A stretch of 64,000 bases of DNA, taken from NCBI GenBank assembly GCA_965649765.1, contig OZ287752.1, positions 87,234,001-87,298,000 on the forward strand, given 5' to 3'. The stretch is from Bispira polyomma (lineage: Eukaryota). Both the position numbers and the translations under genes were made by a program. Positions 27,901-42,900 of this stretch are shown piece after piece. Every line of letters begins with the position of its first letter. Position 1 is the first letter of the stretch. The notes beneath the pieces were generated by a model. The model made no database searches, had not been told where the DNA came from, and saw only the letters and a program-made list of their open reading frames with translations.

Positions 27901-30900
27901 ACGGCCATCTTGAATTTCTGCGTCTTTTTCGAAAATGTCAAATATCTCGGAAACGGTGCTAGATAGAGCGATTTTGAGCTCATTTTCGACCCACAGTGTT
28001 GATTTTGCTTATATGCAAACTTTCAAAAGAAATTTTAATTTTGGCGGCCAATTTTAATTTTGGCGGCCATCTTTAATTTCTGCGTCTTTTTCGAAACTGT
28101 CCAATATCTTGGAAACGGTGCTAGATAGAGCGATTTTGAGCTCATTTTCCACCCATGGGGTTGATTTTGCTCATATGTAAACTTTCAAAAAAAATTTCAA
28201 TTTTGGCGGCCATCTTGAACTTCTGTGTCTTTTTCGAAAATGTCTGTTGTCTCGGAAACGGTGCTAGATAGAGCGATTTCGGGCTTGTTTTCGATCCACA
28301 GGGTTGATTTTGCTTATATGCAAACTTTCAAAAAAAATTTCAATTTTGGCGGCCATCTTGAATTTCTGCGTCTTTCGAAAATGTCAAATATCTCGGAAAC
28401 GGTGCTAGATAGAGTGATTTCAAGCTCATTTTCGAACCCAGAGTTGATTTTACTTATATGTAAACTTTCAAAAAATTTTCAATTTTGGCGGCCATCTTGA
28501 ATTTTTGCGTCTTTTTCGAAAATGTCCATTATCTCGGAAACGGTGCTAGATAGAGCGATTTCAAGCTTATTTTTGACCCACAGGGTTGATTTTGCTTATA
28601 TGTAAACTTTAAAAGAATGTTCAATTTTGGGGGCCATCTTGAATTTCTGCGTCTTTCCAAAATGCCCGTTATCTCGAAAACAGTGCTAGATAGAGCGATT
28701 TCGAGCTCATTTTCGACTCTCAGGGTTGTTTTTGCTTATATTTATACTTTTAAAAAAAGTTTGATTTTGGTGGCCATCTTGAATTTCTTCGTCTTTTTCG
28801 AAAATGTCCTTTATCTCGGAAACGGTGCTAGATAGAGCGATGTCAAGCTCATTTTCGACCCACAGGGCTGATTTTGCTTATATGTAAACTTTTAAAGTAA
28901 TTTTTGATTTGGGCAATCATCTTCAATGTCTACGTCTTTTTCGAAAATGTCTGTTATCTCGGAAATGGTGCTATATAGAGCGATTTCGAGCTTATATTTG
29001 ACCAAAAGTGCTGATTCTGCTTATATGTCAACTTTTAAACAATATCAAACCTTGTACACTAAACAATTTCATTATTATTTTAACTTAAGGGACGCTTCGT
29101 TTTTGTTATCAAAAACCGCTTTCTAGTTTTGGTCTTAATTTTTGCACCTAATGTAAGTTTTCCCCATAATTTCCAATATTCCCACAGATATTTCCTATTT
29201 TTCTGTTCGTTTTGGATTTTGTTTAAATCAGTCACCATGATAATAAACTAGTTTCTGCGGTTTGGGTTCATACTAAAATGCACTGGTCACCAGATTCTAG
29301 GCAGGTTACAAGTTTGCAGTTGCTTGGTCCATATATATTTATTAGGCCCGTCACCCCTTAGTAAGAAGTTCTAAGTGTCGTCAGCTACAGTAGAACCTTA
29401 ATTATCTAACATCAGAGCCAGATTGTCTGCTTGGATAGTAGAAGGTTCATCAAATGGGAAAATGTTAAGGTGGAAATAAGTTTGTAAAATTGAATATTTG
29501 GATAATAGAAGTTTGGATAGTAGAGGTTCTGCTAGTATTCTGAAGTTTGTAATCATGAGGCTCAATGAGTGAGTAGTCAGCTTGTATACATAAGGCTTTT
29601 GTAGTTCATGTGTTAGTTGTAGAAACTGACGTAGTGTTACATTAACCCACAAATGGGGGGCCTCAGTGGCGCAGTGCTAACACACTCGCCCCCCACCTCT
29701 AAGGTCCCTGGTTCCAATCTCAGCCGGGGGCTTTAAGTGGGGCAGTTGGCAGTTACTTACCGATGGTCGCTGGTTTACGGTGTAGAATCCTGCCCAACTA
29801 TAGTATACACCGGTGGTTTCCTTGTGATATATGACCCTATACACAATGTGTTAAAAGCATCGTTGTTAAACCCCAAATCAAATCATAATTGACTGACAAG
29901 TAGCGGCGTTTGAGCCAATATATTTACCATCCCATGTCTTCATATTTCCAGGATGGTGATCAACTGAGTCAGGCCTCATCGGAACTTTTGTTAGGCGTGG
30001 TGCGCAATAAAATGCAAAATATATGACATGGGATTTACCCACTCAATGCAAAGAACAAGTCAGCATTTTTGTTTTAAGCTCTGATGGACGTAATGCATCA
30101 ATGTGAAAAAAGAATAATTGTGGAAAAATTTTTGACTTTTACAAGCTACATAGTTCATTGCATTGTGGGTAAATTCCAGTTTTGTATCAAGTCACCTGTA
30201 TCTACTCTATCATGTAACCTGGGCACTTGTTTCACTGGTAGAGAATTTAGTCACTAGAGTGTAGAAGAGTATATAATATTATTGAACAGTAACTAGTGTA
30301 GAAGGGTGTGCCATTAGACACCAAAACACAGGGAACTGTATATATACCATTAGACACCAAAACACAGGGAACTGTATATATACCATTAGACACCAAAACA
30401 CAGGGAACTGTATATATACCATTAGACACCTAAACACAGGGAACTGTATATATACCATTAGACACCTAAACACAGGGAACTGTATATGTACCATTAGACA
30501 CCTAAACACAGGGAACTGTATATATACCATTAGACACCTAAACACAGGGAACTGTATATATACCATTAGACACCTAAACACAGGGAACTGTATATGTATA
30601 CCATTAGACACAAATGTACATGGAGCAGTGTGCCATTAGACACAAACAAATATAGGTAGCAATAAAGCACAAATGTATATAGAAAAGTATACCAGCTGAC
30701 ACAAACGAATAAAAAACACTGTGCCATCAGCCACAAAAAGATGTCCATAACTTTATGTCATTAGAAACAAATGCACATAGAACATTATACCATCAGACAC
30801 AAACAGATACAGAACTTTATGTCATTAGACACAAACAGACACAGAACTTTATACCATTAGACACAAACACACACAGAACTTTATACCATTAGACACAGAC

Positions 30901-33900
30901 ACATACATAACTTTATGTCATTAGACACTGTACACTGTTGTCCAAAACCATGTCCTCAAGCCAGGACTTGTAAGTAAATTTTAACCTCATGACATCATCA
31001 CATCCAGTTATCTCTACATGATGACTAGTGTCCCAGTACCTAAGTACAGCACCTCATGTCCCAGTACCTTAGTACAGCACCTCATGTCCCAGTACCTTAG
31101 TACAGCACCTCATGTCCCAGTACCTTAGTACAGCACCTCATGTCCCAGTACCTTAGTACAGCACTTCATGTCCCAGTACCTTAGTACGGCACCTCATGTC
31201 CCAGTACACAAGTTAGTGATGTTAATGCAGCGCAAAGTATACAGGGTCGTCAGTATTATTAAAACACATAATCTATATACAGGTCACGTTGGACACATTG
31301 TTTTACACCAGCACAGTTACAGCTAGCAGTTTTGATAGTATCAACAAAAGGATCATCTTTTGTAAAGAGCACTTTGTTTTCTAGTAGCTGACTAGTTTGA
31401 TATAGTTGATAATGTGTATGACTTAGATAATACACCCAGTGTAGCACTCCCTATGTACAACTACACAGTCTTATAACAGATAATACACCCAGTGTAGCAC
31501 TCCCTATGTACAACCACACAGTCTTATAACAGATAATACACCCAGTGTAGCACTCCCTATGTACAACCACACAGTCTTCATCTTATAACACCAGTCAAAG
31601 TCCACTCTTTATCTTCAGTTTCTAACCTTACACATTATTTTCAGTGGTTTTTATTTTGGGCACATTTTTGTTCACATCTATTCTTTGTATGATGGGATGA
31701 AATGATCCTGCAAGCCAAAATATGACTGTTTATGTGTCACTGATCCTTGTACTACCCTTCCCACAATTCCTATAACAACCCTTCCCACAATTCTTGTAAC
31801 ATCCCTTCCAACAATTCCTGCAACATCCCTTCCCACAATTCCTATAACAACCCTTCCCACAATTCCTATAACAACCCTTCCCACAATTCCCGTCCAACAG
31901 TTTATGGTTCTGCTTATAATTCCTGGACTTCCCACAATTCCTGTACTTCCCACAATTTCTGTACTTCCCACAATTCCTGTACTTCCCACAATTCCTATAC
32001 TTTCCACAATTCCTGTACTTCCCACAATTCCTGTACTTCCCACAATTCCCATACTTCCCACAATTTCTGTACTTCCCACAATTTCTGTACTTCCCACAAT
32101 TTCTGTACTTCCCACAATTCCTGTACTTTCCACAATTCCTGTACTTCCCACAATTCCTGTACTTCCCACAATTCCTGTACTTTCCACAATTCCTATACTT
32201 CCCACAATTCCTATACTTCCCACAATTCTTATACTTCCCACAATTCCTGTACTTTCCGCAACCCACAATTCCTGTACTGTTTTACAACCGTGTAATTACT
32301 ATACAGTTCTTGTTACATATTTAGTTACATATTATCAGGGCCTGTATTCACTAAAGTTCTTATACTTATAATAAGTTCTTATACTTAGATTTTTTTGCTT
32401 ATTCTTAGAAAAATTTCTAAGAATGAGCTTTAATTCTAAGAATGGTCAAGACCTTACTTAAGTTAAGAAAAATACATAGGGCCATATGCACTAAAGTTGT
32501 TATACTTAAAATAATTCTTATACTTAGAATAAGAATCATACTTATACTTAGAATAAGTATCATTCTTATACTTTGAATAAGAATCATTCTTGTACTTAGA
32601 AAATTTTCTATTCTAAGAATTTTTTATTGTTAAACTTAGAATAAGAATTTTCTTAGCTAAGATTTGCACAAAAGAATGTCATGTCTTTTTCTTAACTTAA
32701 GTAAGGTCTTGACCATTCTTAGAATGAAAGCTCATTCTTAGTAAATTTTCTAAGAATAAGCAAAAATTCTAAGTATAAGAATTATTCTAAGTATAAGAAC
32801 TTTATTGAATACCAAAAATTCTTATTCAAAGTATGAAAACTTTAGTGGCATTCTTATGTATTGCTTTACACAATTCTTAGTCAAGAAAATTCTTGTTGTA
32901 AGAATAAGTATAACAAAATTTTTAAAATAAAATTTTTTCTAAGTATTATAAGAATGATTCTTATTCTAAGTATAAGAATGATTTTTATTGTAAGCATAAG
33001 AATGATTCTAAGTATAAGAACTTTGGTGAATACAGGCCCAGAACTGTTTAAAACATTTGTTTGGAAATTAATATGCCTAAATATCTTGCTTTAAAAAAGA
33101 GAGGAACATTTTACTTGCTTAACACATTATTTATACAGAATATTAGTTAAGGTCTATCTATTATATGTGTAACAAGTATACTTACACAAGAGAGCCAAAT
33201 CGACCAGATTATCCACCATAATGTATCAAGTCTTATGACACACATTGTGAGTTAAATTTGAGCTGTTTTGGACTATTATATCATTTTGTTGAAGTATGGT
33301 GTGTCGAGTGAAGTCGTTTGTATTGGAGTGCTGTTTATTGAGCTTGTATATCAATCTGTTACGTGTCCCCTCTGTGTGACTGTGTGTGTGTGACTGTGTG
33401 TGTGACTGTAGTGTCTCACTCTCTCACTGCAGTGTCTCACTGTAGTGTCTTACTGTAGTGTCTCACTGTAGTTTCTCACTGTAGTTTCTCACTGTAGTGT
33501 CTCACTGTAGTTTCTTACTGTGGCGTCTCACTGTATTCTCCCCCCTCAGGACCCCGAGAGTAAGCAGCACACGGCTGACCTCCTGACTGGTCTGGGTAAG
33601 GACGAGGCTCGCGAGGGTGTGGAGAAGGAGGACACACAGACCAGAGTGACGACCACACTCAAAGGCAGCATGGGAGAGAGGATCACCAAGGCACTGCTCA
33701 AAGTGGAGGAAAAGAAGAAGAAACGTGCTGTCAGGAGGTCACAGGTGAGTGGCAAGGTCATGGGAGAGGGAGCAAGGTCATAGGAGAGGGAAAAGGTCAT
33801 GGGAGAGGGAGAAAGGTCATAGAAGAGGGAAAAAGGTCATAGGAGAGTGAGAAAAGTCATAGGATAGGAAGAAAGGTGATAGGAGAGGTAGCAATGTCAT

Positions 33901-36900
33901 AGGAATGTGAAGAACATCATAGGAGAGGGAGCCATGTCATACAAAAAGGAGAAAGGTCATTGTTGAGGAAGCAAGCTCATAGGTGAGGGGGAAAGGTCAT
34001 AGGAAGCAAGGTCACAGATGTCGGCCAAGGTCATAGCCCAGGAGCAAGGTTTTTAAGTGTCCTGTAAGGGCGCTTGTTTGTATATAGGAGGAAATTTACG
34101 CATTTTTGGTCATGTGACTGCCCTGATTGTCAAAATGTGATGACACCATATTGAAAATTTTCCCCCAGGGCTACTGCATACATGTGCCAAATTTGAAGAG
34201 AATCCATCAAGTGGTTTCTGAGCTATAGCAAATTGAAAAGGCGTGAAAAAAAAATTTCCCTTGTATTGTATACAGGAGAAGATTCATGCGGAAGGGGCTG
34301 CCTTCATAAAATAAACAAAGAAAATGAAAAATCCTTTATATCTCGGAAATGGTGCTAGATAGAGCGATTTCGGCTCAGTATACTCAGTATACTCAATACT
34401 CAGTAACTTGTCCAGAAATTCAAAATTTAAAAATTAAATTTTTTTTAAAAAATTCCAAAATTTTTAAAAAAATTTTAAAGTCAAAAATTAAAAAAAATTT
34501 CAAAAAAGTCAAAAGTTTTAAAAACATTTTAAATTTTTTGAAAAAGTCAAAATTTTCAAAAAATTTAAAAATTTTCTTAAAAGTCAAAATTTAAAAATTA
34601 AATTTCCAAAAGGTCAAAATTTTTAATAAAATCTAAAATTTTTAAAAATTCAAAAATTTTCAAAAAAGTCAAAATTTGTCAAAAATCTCAAAGTTTCTAA
34701 AAAGTCAAATTCTTTGATTAATTTTTTTTTTGCTTTTTATTTTTTTTTTGCAATTTTTTTTTTTTTTTAGAAAAAATCGCTCTCTCGCCATTTTTGGTCG
34801 CCAACTTGAATTTCTGCGTTAAACGCAAAAACGTGTTTATCTCGGAAACAGTGCCAGATAGTCTTATTGGGACGCTTTGTTTTTGCTGTGTAAAAACAAT
34901 TTCCTTTCATTTGCAAAGCAGTACTCCAGTTGGTAGTTACAAGTAATTACACAATTAAAGACTGAAGTAAGGTAACAGGGACAAGGGGATTAACCGATTC
35001 ATCGGGAATTAACATGGTATTTGTAGGGAACAGGCCATGGAGACTAAACAAGGTACAGGTTATGTAGAGGTTACAGATAATGACAGGATACAGGCACTGT
35101 AAAGGTCAGAGATAATGACAGGATACAGGCACTGTAGAGGTCAGAGATAATGACAGGGTACAGGCACTGTAGAGGTCAGAGGTAATGACAGGATACAGGC
35201 ACTGTATAGGTTTAACACAGGTTAGATGAAGGTTACAGAGAATGAGTGGATACTAGGGTCACTGGTACATCATGGTATACAGCACTGTTACCTTATAGTC
35301 GTGTGGTCAATCTATGCTTCTATAGTATAAGGAAATGTGCTACTCGGGTACATTACAATTAACTGCCTAGTTGTGCTAGAGAGTTGACCGATCAATTTGG
35401 TCTCGTCTCTGACTATTCTGTGTTTACACCTGGTCAATGAATACAAACTAAAAAAGTGACCTCTCTTTTTATTGTGATAAATACTCTCTACCTTATCCTC
35501 ACTAACGCTATTTCATTTAGTTTACCTCAATGCCGACCAAAAAATCACTGAGATTATTCTTGTGATTTTACTTCAAAATTTCCTCGACAATCCTCACTGT
35601 GCATGCCCCGAAGTACTCAACTATGTCATCTACATTTGTATAGTAGTACCCAAGTAGTGACACTAGTTTACTTGTAATATTAACCAGTGCCCTGACCCCA
35701 GTCTTCTTGCCTGTGTATGTCTGTCTATTTACTCCCTCAGTGGTCAGAACTTAACACCAGTAAACCGATGACACATGGAAAGTGTTTATCTGTCTATGTC
35801 TGTCTATTTACTCCCTCAGTGGTCAGAACTTAACACCAGTAAACCGATGACACATGGGAAGTGTTTATCTGTCTATGTCTGTCTATTTACTCCCTCAGTG
35901 GTCAGAACTTAGCACCAGTAAACCCGATGAGACATGGGAAGTGTTTATCTGTCTATGTCTGTCTATTTACTCCCTCAGTGGTCAGAACTTAACACCAGTA
36001 AACCCGATGACACATGGGAAGTGTTTATCTGTCTATGTCTGTCTATTTACTCCCTCAGTGGTCAGAACTTAGCACCAGTAAACCCGATGAGACATGGGAA
36101 GTGTTTATCTGTCTATGTCTGTCTATTTACTCCCTCAGTGGTCAGAACTTAACACCAGTAAACCCGATGACACATGGGAAGTGTTTATCTGTCTATGTCT
36201 GTCTATTTACTCCCTCAGTGGTCAGAACTTAACACCAGTAAACCCGATGACACATGGGAAGTGTTTATCTGTCTATATCTGTCTATTTCCCCCCTCAGTG
36301 GTCAGAACTTAACACCAGTAAACCCGATGACACGTGGGAAGATCCCGCAGATGTGGCCGCCATTAAAGACGCCCAGGAGAACATGGGTGACTACAAACTC
36401 AAGTCAGCAGACGATTACGTAGTGCCAGACCACCTGCGTATGAATACAGACAAGGCCCGCTCACGCTTGTTACTACTGAAAGACCTGGTGGGTGATTTGT
36501 ATTGGTTTTATTTTTAGTGTATAATTCCAAACAATAAACAACTAAAGATTAAACCTTACATGAACACAGTGTATGGATTACATTGAATGTCATTAGATTG
36601 AAACCAATTTGACATCTTGGTGTGTGATTTGGTACCGTTCTATAGACAGTGTAAGTGTGATATAGGACATCACAGCGGTTAAAAAAAGTTATTTTAGAAA
36701 AAATAAAAAAAATGACAGTCTTGAATGTATACTGCTAAAAGAAAATATTACATTATATATCTTTATGTGAACCTGGCAGCGAACAATTATTACTGTATTT
36801 ATTTTAAATATTGTGACTATATACTGAATGTGCAAAAATATGTTTTAAAAAAGATTGGGCAGATCACGTGACCTGTTACCATGGTTTTTTCAGCTCCACA

Positions 36901-39900
36901 AACACAAGTACGACTTTAACCAGCGCCTGTTGAGTTTGCGGGACAAGAAGTTGACTCTGATCAATACTGTTAAAGAGCTGGTGTTTGAACTGGAGGACGT
37001 GAAGGGGAAACTACCTGCAGAACTCCACAAACCCAGCCCCCCGATACCCAGAATGCACCCTGAAGAACTGCCCGAAAAGTAGGGGCTCGTGACACTTAGT
37101 TTATTGATCTTTGTATTTAGTTGGGTTTTTAAGAAGCTTTCAGCTGCTTAGGTCTTAGATCACGACGGCTAGATTTAATGTTAGAGGAAAGCAGTACTGA
37201 AGTGACACTCTAAACCACAGCATTATGGCAAGTACCTGACTAACGTTGGGACTGACTTTTGGAGTTTTCCTGCTCTGAATTCTGTTGCCATGGTAACAGA
37301 TAGAATTGCACTTTGACATTGACCTTTCCACAGATATGTGTCCTGTTTTTGGTAGTATGTGTAGATACCTGATCCGTGTCTATTAGATTGATGCTATTTC
37401 TAGTGCTTTCACGATTTAGCCATGTGTGGGCAAAAACAAGTTATTAACCTGGGAGACCTCTCAAGTCCCAGAAGGAAGAAAACAACAGGGTTACCGTCCT
37501 GAATCTGGCTAGGGCGGAGTGTATTGAATTGCCCCTATAGTGATAAAAACTTATAAAGTAAACAACATAAGTTTAGAAATAGTTGTTGTAAACATACCAC
37601 ATTTAATAGATATACACTATGTTGTAGTGGAGTAAATCCTCTTTTGTTTGAACTTTCCAAATTCTTGATTATGGAATCATTCCCTCTCACATCAATTGTG
37701 ATTTACCTATTTTTTGATACTAAAATACTTCTAGTTGATTAAACTTACAAAGCCTCGCTTTTCTACGATGTTTAGATAAGGGTTGTTCTGTATATATATT
37801 GATCTCGTTCTGAGTCTGGGACATTGTAAACGTCACTCTCTACACATGACTTTGTATTACACACAGGAAGTACGAGTACACACGGGAGATGCTGTTAAAG
37901 TTCAAGGTCGAGTTGGAGGAAGAAAAGAAAACAAAGAAACCTCAGCAGACGCAGGATGCATTTGGGGGCGGGGGAGTGGCCGAGCTACATGTAAAGGTAA
38001 GGTTTGGGGGTGGTGCAGTGGCCGCGGTACATGTATAGATAAGGTTTGGGGGTGGGGCAGTGCTACATGTAAAGGTAAGGTTTGGGGTGGGGCAGTGGTA
38101 CATGTAAAGATAAGGTTTGGGGGTGGGGCAGTGGTACATATAAAGGTAAGGTTTGGGAGTGGGGCAGTGGTATATGTAAAGGTAAGGGGGTAGGGCCGCA
38201 CTACATGTAAAGGTAAGGTTTGGGGGTGGGGCAGTGGCCGCGGTACATGTAAAGGTAAGGTTTGGGGGTGGGGCAGTGGTACATGTAAAGATAAAGTTTG
38301 GGGGCGGGGGAGTGGCCGCGCTGCATGTAAAGGTAAGAAGGTGGGGCAGTGGCCGTGCTACATGTAAAGGTATGGTTAGGGGCTGGGGTCAGTGGCCGCA
38401 GTACATGTAAAGGTAAGGTTTGAGGGTAGAGCAGTGGCCGCAGTACATGTGAAGGTAAGGTTTGGGGTAGGGCAGTGGCTGCGGTACATGTAAATGTAAG
38501 GGGGTGGGGCAGTGGTACATGTAAAGGTAAGGTTTGGCAGTCGGGCAGTGGTACATGTAAAGGTAAGGTTTGGCGGTCGGACAGTGGTACATGTAAAGGT
38601 AAGGTTTGGGGGTGGGGCAGTGGTACATGTAAAGGTAAGGTTTGGGGGGTGGGGCAGTGGTACATGTAAAGGTAAGGTTTGGCAGTTGGGCAGTGGTTCA
38701 TGTAAAGGTAAGGTTTGGGGTGGGGCAGTGATACATGTAAATGTAAGGGGGTGGGGTAGTGGTACATGTAAAGGTAAGGTTTAAGGGTGGGGCAGTGGTA
38801 AATGTAAAGGTAAGGTTTGATGTCAAAGCAACAACTTGCAAATGGATATTAGAATGTGTAAAGGGTCAGTATTTCAGTATAGCTATATGATCAGGCCTTC
38901 TCTAATATTTATTGTTATATGATCTGTTCGTGTAACTGTCCGTTCCAGGGTATTGTGGTTCTGAACATACTAGGTGGCAAAACTCCTCTAATACTAATCT
39001 CTAGTATCTGTTTTGTCCACTAGGTGGACACCTTCACTCCGAGCCCTGTACTAGGTCACAAGGAACTTCTATAATACTAATCTCTAGTACCTCTTTTGTC
39101 CACCAGGCGGACACCTTCACTCCGAGCCCTGTACCAGGTCACAAGGATCGGCGTGAGGCAGCAGAATTAGAAGAAAAGATGATGGAGTTTACACCGTATG
39201 CTGCGGAAATGAGGCTGACCGAGATGGAAACACGACTTAGTCAGGCAGAACAGATCAGGTGGGTGGGTCATGTGACTTGAAACAAGTTGGTGAATCTCGT
39301 GTGTGGGAACAGTATGTGGTGATGTGGTGGTATTGTTAGGAAAGTATAAAAAACTGCTCAGGCCTTATATTGACTAGTGAAGTTGATGATTGTTTGCTCA
39401 GGCCTTATATTGACTAGTGAAGTTGATGATTGTTTGCTCAGGTCTTATATTAACTAGTGAAGTTGATGATTGTTTGCTCAGGTCTTATATTAACTAGTGA
39501 AGTTGATGATTGTTTGCTCAGGCCTTATATTGACTAGTGAAGTTGATGATTGTTTGCTCAGGCCTTATATTGACCAGTAAAGTTGATGATTGTTTGCTCA
39601 GGCCTTATATTAACTAGTGAAGTTGATGATTGTTTGCTCAGGCCTTATATTGACCAGTGAAGTTGATGATTGTTTGCCCAGGCCTTATATTAACTAGTGA
39701 AGTTGATGATTGTTTGCCCAGGCCTTATATTAACTAGTGAAGTTGATGATTGTTTGCCCAGGTCTTATATTAACTAGTGAAGTTGATGATTGTTTGCCCA
39801 GGTCTTATATTAACTAGTGAAGTTGATGATTGTTTGCCCAGGTCTTATATTAACTAGTGAAGTTGATGATTGTTTGCCCAGGTCTTATATTAACTAGTGA

Positions 39901-42900
39901 AGTTGATGATTGTTTGCCCAGGTCTTATATTAACTAGTGAAGTTGATGATTGTTTGCCCAGGTCTTATATTAACTAGTGAAGTTGATGATTGTTTGCCCA
40001 GGTCTTATATTAACCAGTGAAGTTGATGATTGTTTGCTCAGGTCTTATATTGACCAGTGAAGTTGATGATTGTTTGCCCAGGTCTTATATTAACTAGTGA
40101 AGTTGATGATTGTTTGCCCAGGTCTTATATTAACCAGTGAAGTTGATGATTGTTTGCTCAGGTCTTATATTGACTAGTGAAGTTGATGATTGTTTGCCCA
40201 GGCCTTATATTACTTCTTAAAACTATTTGGGCAGGTTAAACAAAAGTATGGTAAACATAAGTTTGACTTCAGTTTAAGTGTCAAACATAATTCTTTAGTA
40301 TTCTAAAAAAGAAGGTTTAACTTAATTATGTACTTGAATACTTAAGTTTCTAACTTGAGTTTTAATTAATACACAGTAAGCTTACTTCAACTGTAAACTT
40401 CACCATATAAATATGTGAATAGTTAAACACAACCCTCTTTTACTTTAAGGTAGTTCTTATAATGTTGTTACTTATAATTAGTGTGAGATCTCCTTTAGTC
40501 ACATGACTCTATTCTGTATTCCTATTGGTCTATATATATTTGTTTGTCTTCACAGACTCGAGTACCAACAAGATTTCCTCCTCAATAAGATCAAGACTCT
40601 GATCAAGAATTTTGACGCAGAGTTACGTTGTCTTCGCCATAACAAGTTCAAGCTGGATGTTGACTTGAAAAATGCTGACTTGAGGTAAGAGAAGCTCTAA
40701 CTGTCTCAAATTTGAGAAGAACTTTGTTAGTTTCTGCCAGTGTTTTGTATTTGTGAGGAAACATTACATATAATCCTCCATTATCACCCACTGCTGCTGT
40801 AAGTCGTAACAAACGTGAAAAAAAAGTCCTACTACTTTGTTGTCTTTATATCATGTTTACATTTTGTTTTGTTTGTTTTCCACAGACATGTGACTCTGTT
40901 TGAAGAGTTCCTCTTGTTACGAGACTTTGAGAAACATGAGAACGTGATTGTGTCCAAGTTGGAAGGGAAACAGCAGGAGAAGTTTGACATGCAAGATAAG
41001 GTGAGTGAGGAGGGGGGGGGGGGGGAGGGGGCTGGTAATCGGGGCGTGGTGGGCAGTTTAATGATGTGGGTTTTACCAGGGGGGGGGCTGGGGTAATCAG
41101 GGCATGGTGGGCAATGTAATGATGTGGGTTTCACCAGGGGCGGGAGGGGGGGAGGGGGGGGGGGGGGGTGGTAATCGGGGCGTGGTGGGCAATGTAATGA
41201 TGTGGGATTCACCAGGGGAGGGAGGTGGTAATCGGGGTGTGGTTGGCAGTGTAATGATGTGGGTCAAACAGGCAGGAGTGACAGGGCTAATGTTTTTGTT
41301 AGGGGGTGGGGGGGGGGGGGGGGAGGTGTTAAGGTGAACGTCATTAGAACCTACGAGATGTTGAGTTCAGATCACAGACTTCACAGTATAACAGAATTAG
41401 CCAATTCTTAGGCTTAAATCTAGCCCAAAAGTATACTAGATTTAAGCCTAAGACTTGGCTAAGTCTGTTAATACGGGCCCTACAAACACTTTGTGGGTTT
41501 TGAAAATGGAATCCTCCCTTACGACCATGGCTTTGCACTTTAGAAGATGCCGTATCAAGAATGCAAGATACAGTAGAATGTTCCCCTTTTGTTGTACTTT
41601 ACTTCAGCACATTACAGCTTGTGTCAGTTACTTGTGTGCTTCTGTCTTGTATAACATTTGTGTGTTTCACTTTCTTCAGATACAGGTCTGTATTCAGTTT
41701 ATAAACTCTGTTTCAGATTGTCCAAGTCCAGGCCTATCAATATTGTTTGGTTTCAGATTGTTCAGGTGCCTAAAACAGTTATTTGTTTCTTTCAGACACT
41801 CCAAATCATTGCTTGTCTTCAGTGCGTTCTGTCGCTTTCAGATTGTCCAGGTTCAGGCCTATAACTGTCCCTCCCCCTCTGTTTTAGATTGTCCAGGTTC
41901 AGGCCTATAACTGTCCCTCCCCCTCTGTTTTAGATTGTCCAGGTTCAGGCCTATAACTGTTCCTCCCTCTGTGTTTTAGATTGTCCAGGTTCAGGCCTAT
42001 AACTGTCCCTCCCCCTCTGTTTCAGATTGAGATTGTCCAGGTTCAGGCCTATAACTGTCCCTCCCTCTCTGTTTTAGATTGTCCAGGTCCAGGCCTATAG
42101 CTGTTCCACCCTCTCTGTTTTAGATTGTCCAGGTCCAGGCCCGTATTGAGGCCAAGAAGAAGGAGATTGAGAAGCTCCAGGAGAAGGAGAAGGCTCTGGC
42201 CGCCACATTCCAGGCCTCACTGGGAGACAACAACAAGTTCCAGGATTACCTTACAAAGGTCTTCAAAAAGAAGATCAAACGGGCAAAGAAGAAGGCTACA
42301 GAGGATGAAGGTGGGTGTGAATGTGTGTGTGTGAGGGTGTGTGTTTATGTGTGTGTGTGTCTGGGTGTGAGGGTAGGTGTGGGAGTGTATGTGTGTGTGT
42401 GTCTAGGGGAGTGAAGGTGGGTTAGAGTCTATTGGGGGTCTAAAGAAATCAGTGAGGTATGTGTGTTTCCATGACTACCTGTATTTGTCACATCTGTTTC
42501 CATGACTACCTTAAGTTAATTGTTTCCATGATGAACCACTGTTTCCATGACTACCTCAGTTTACATGGCCACATGTATTTACTATAACTCCTGTGTTGAC
42601 ATGATTACCTGTGTAATTGTATCCATGATGGTCACACCTACATGTGCTAGCGTCCCTTAATGGTGCAACGCCATATAAACCGAAAACGTGGTAGTTTCGT
42701 TTCAAAGCAATGTCAGGGGGGAGTCGATTGTGGCGTTTTTGTGACGTTTTATGACGTTTCATTATACACACGAGGCGGGGGCAAAAATCGATGACTTTAC
42801 TGGTAGGATATCACTACCTACTACTACATATATCTATCATATGCTGCTTTCGGCTGCGTTTTGCTACCTAGTGAAATGTTTAACAACAAATATAGATGAG

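Noticed and set aside
29952-29996. Possible extra CFAP44 exon ([15 protein letters not shown]) after a good acceptor
   Set aside because: No convincing phase-0 donor, and exons 19 and 20 join in frame without it.
29925-30240. Second nested minus-strand exon in intron 19-20
   Set aside because: Acceptor-like site at 30235 but stops in all frames; the middle is a small inverted-repeat element (30030-30178).
31678-32371. Long Cys- or Thr/Ser-rich ORFs (CGKYRN repeats etc.)
   Set aside because: Open in five frames because of an 18/24-bp stop-poor minisatellite; no splice or start context.
35854-36422. Five near-identical 72-82 aa ORFs as tandem small genes
   Set aside because: Artefacts of the 80-bp acceptor array shifting frame with each unit.
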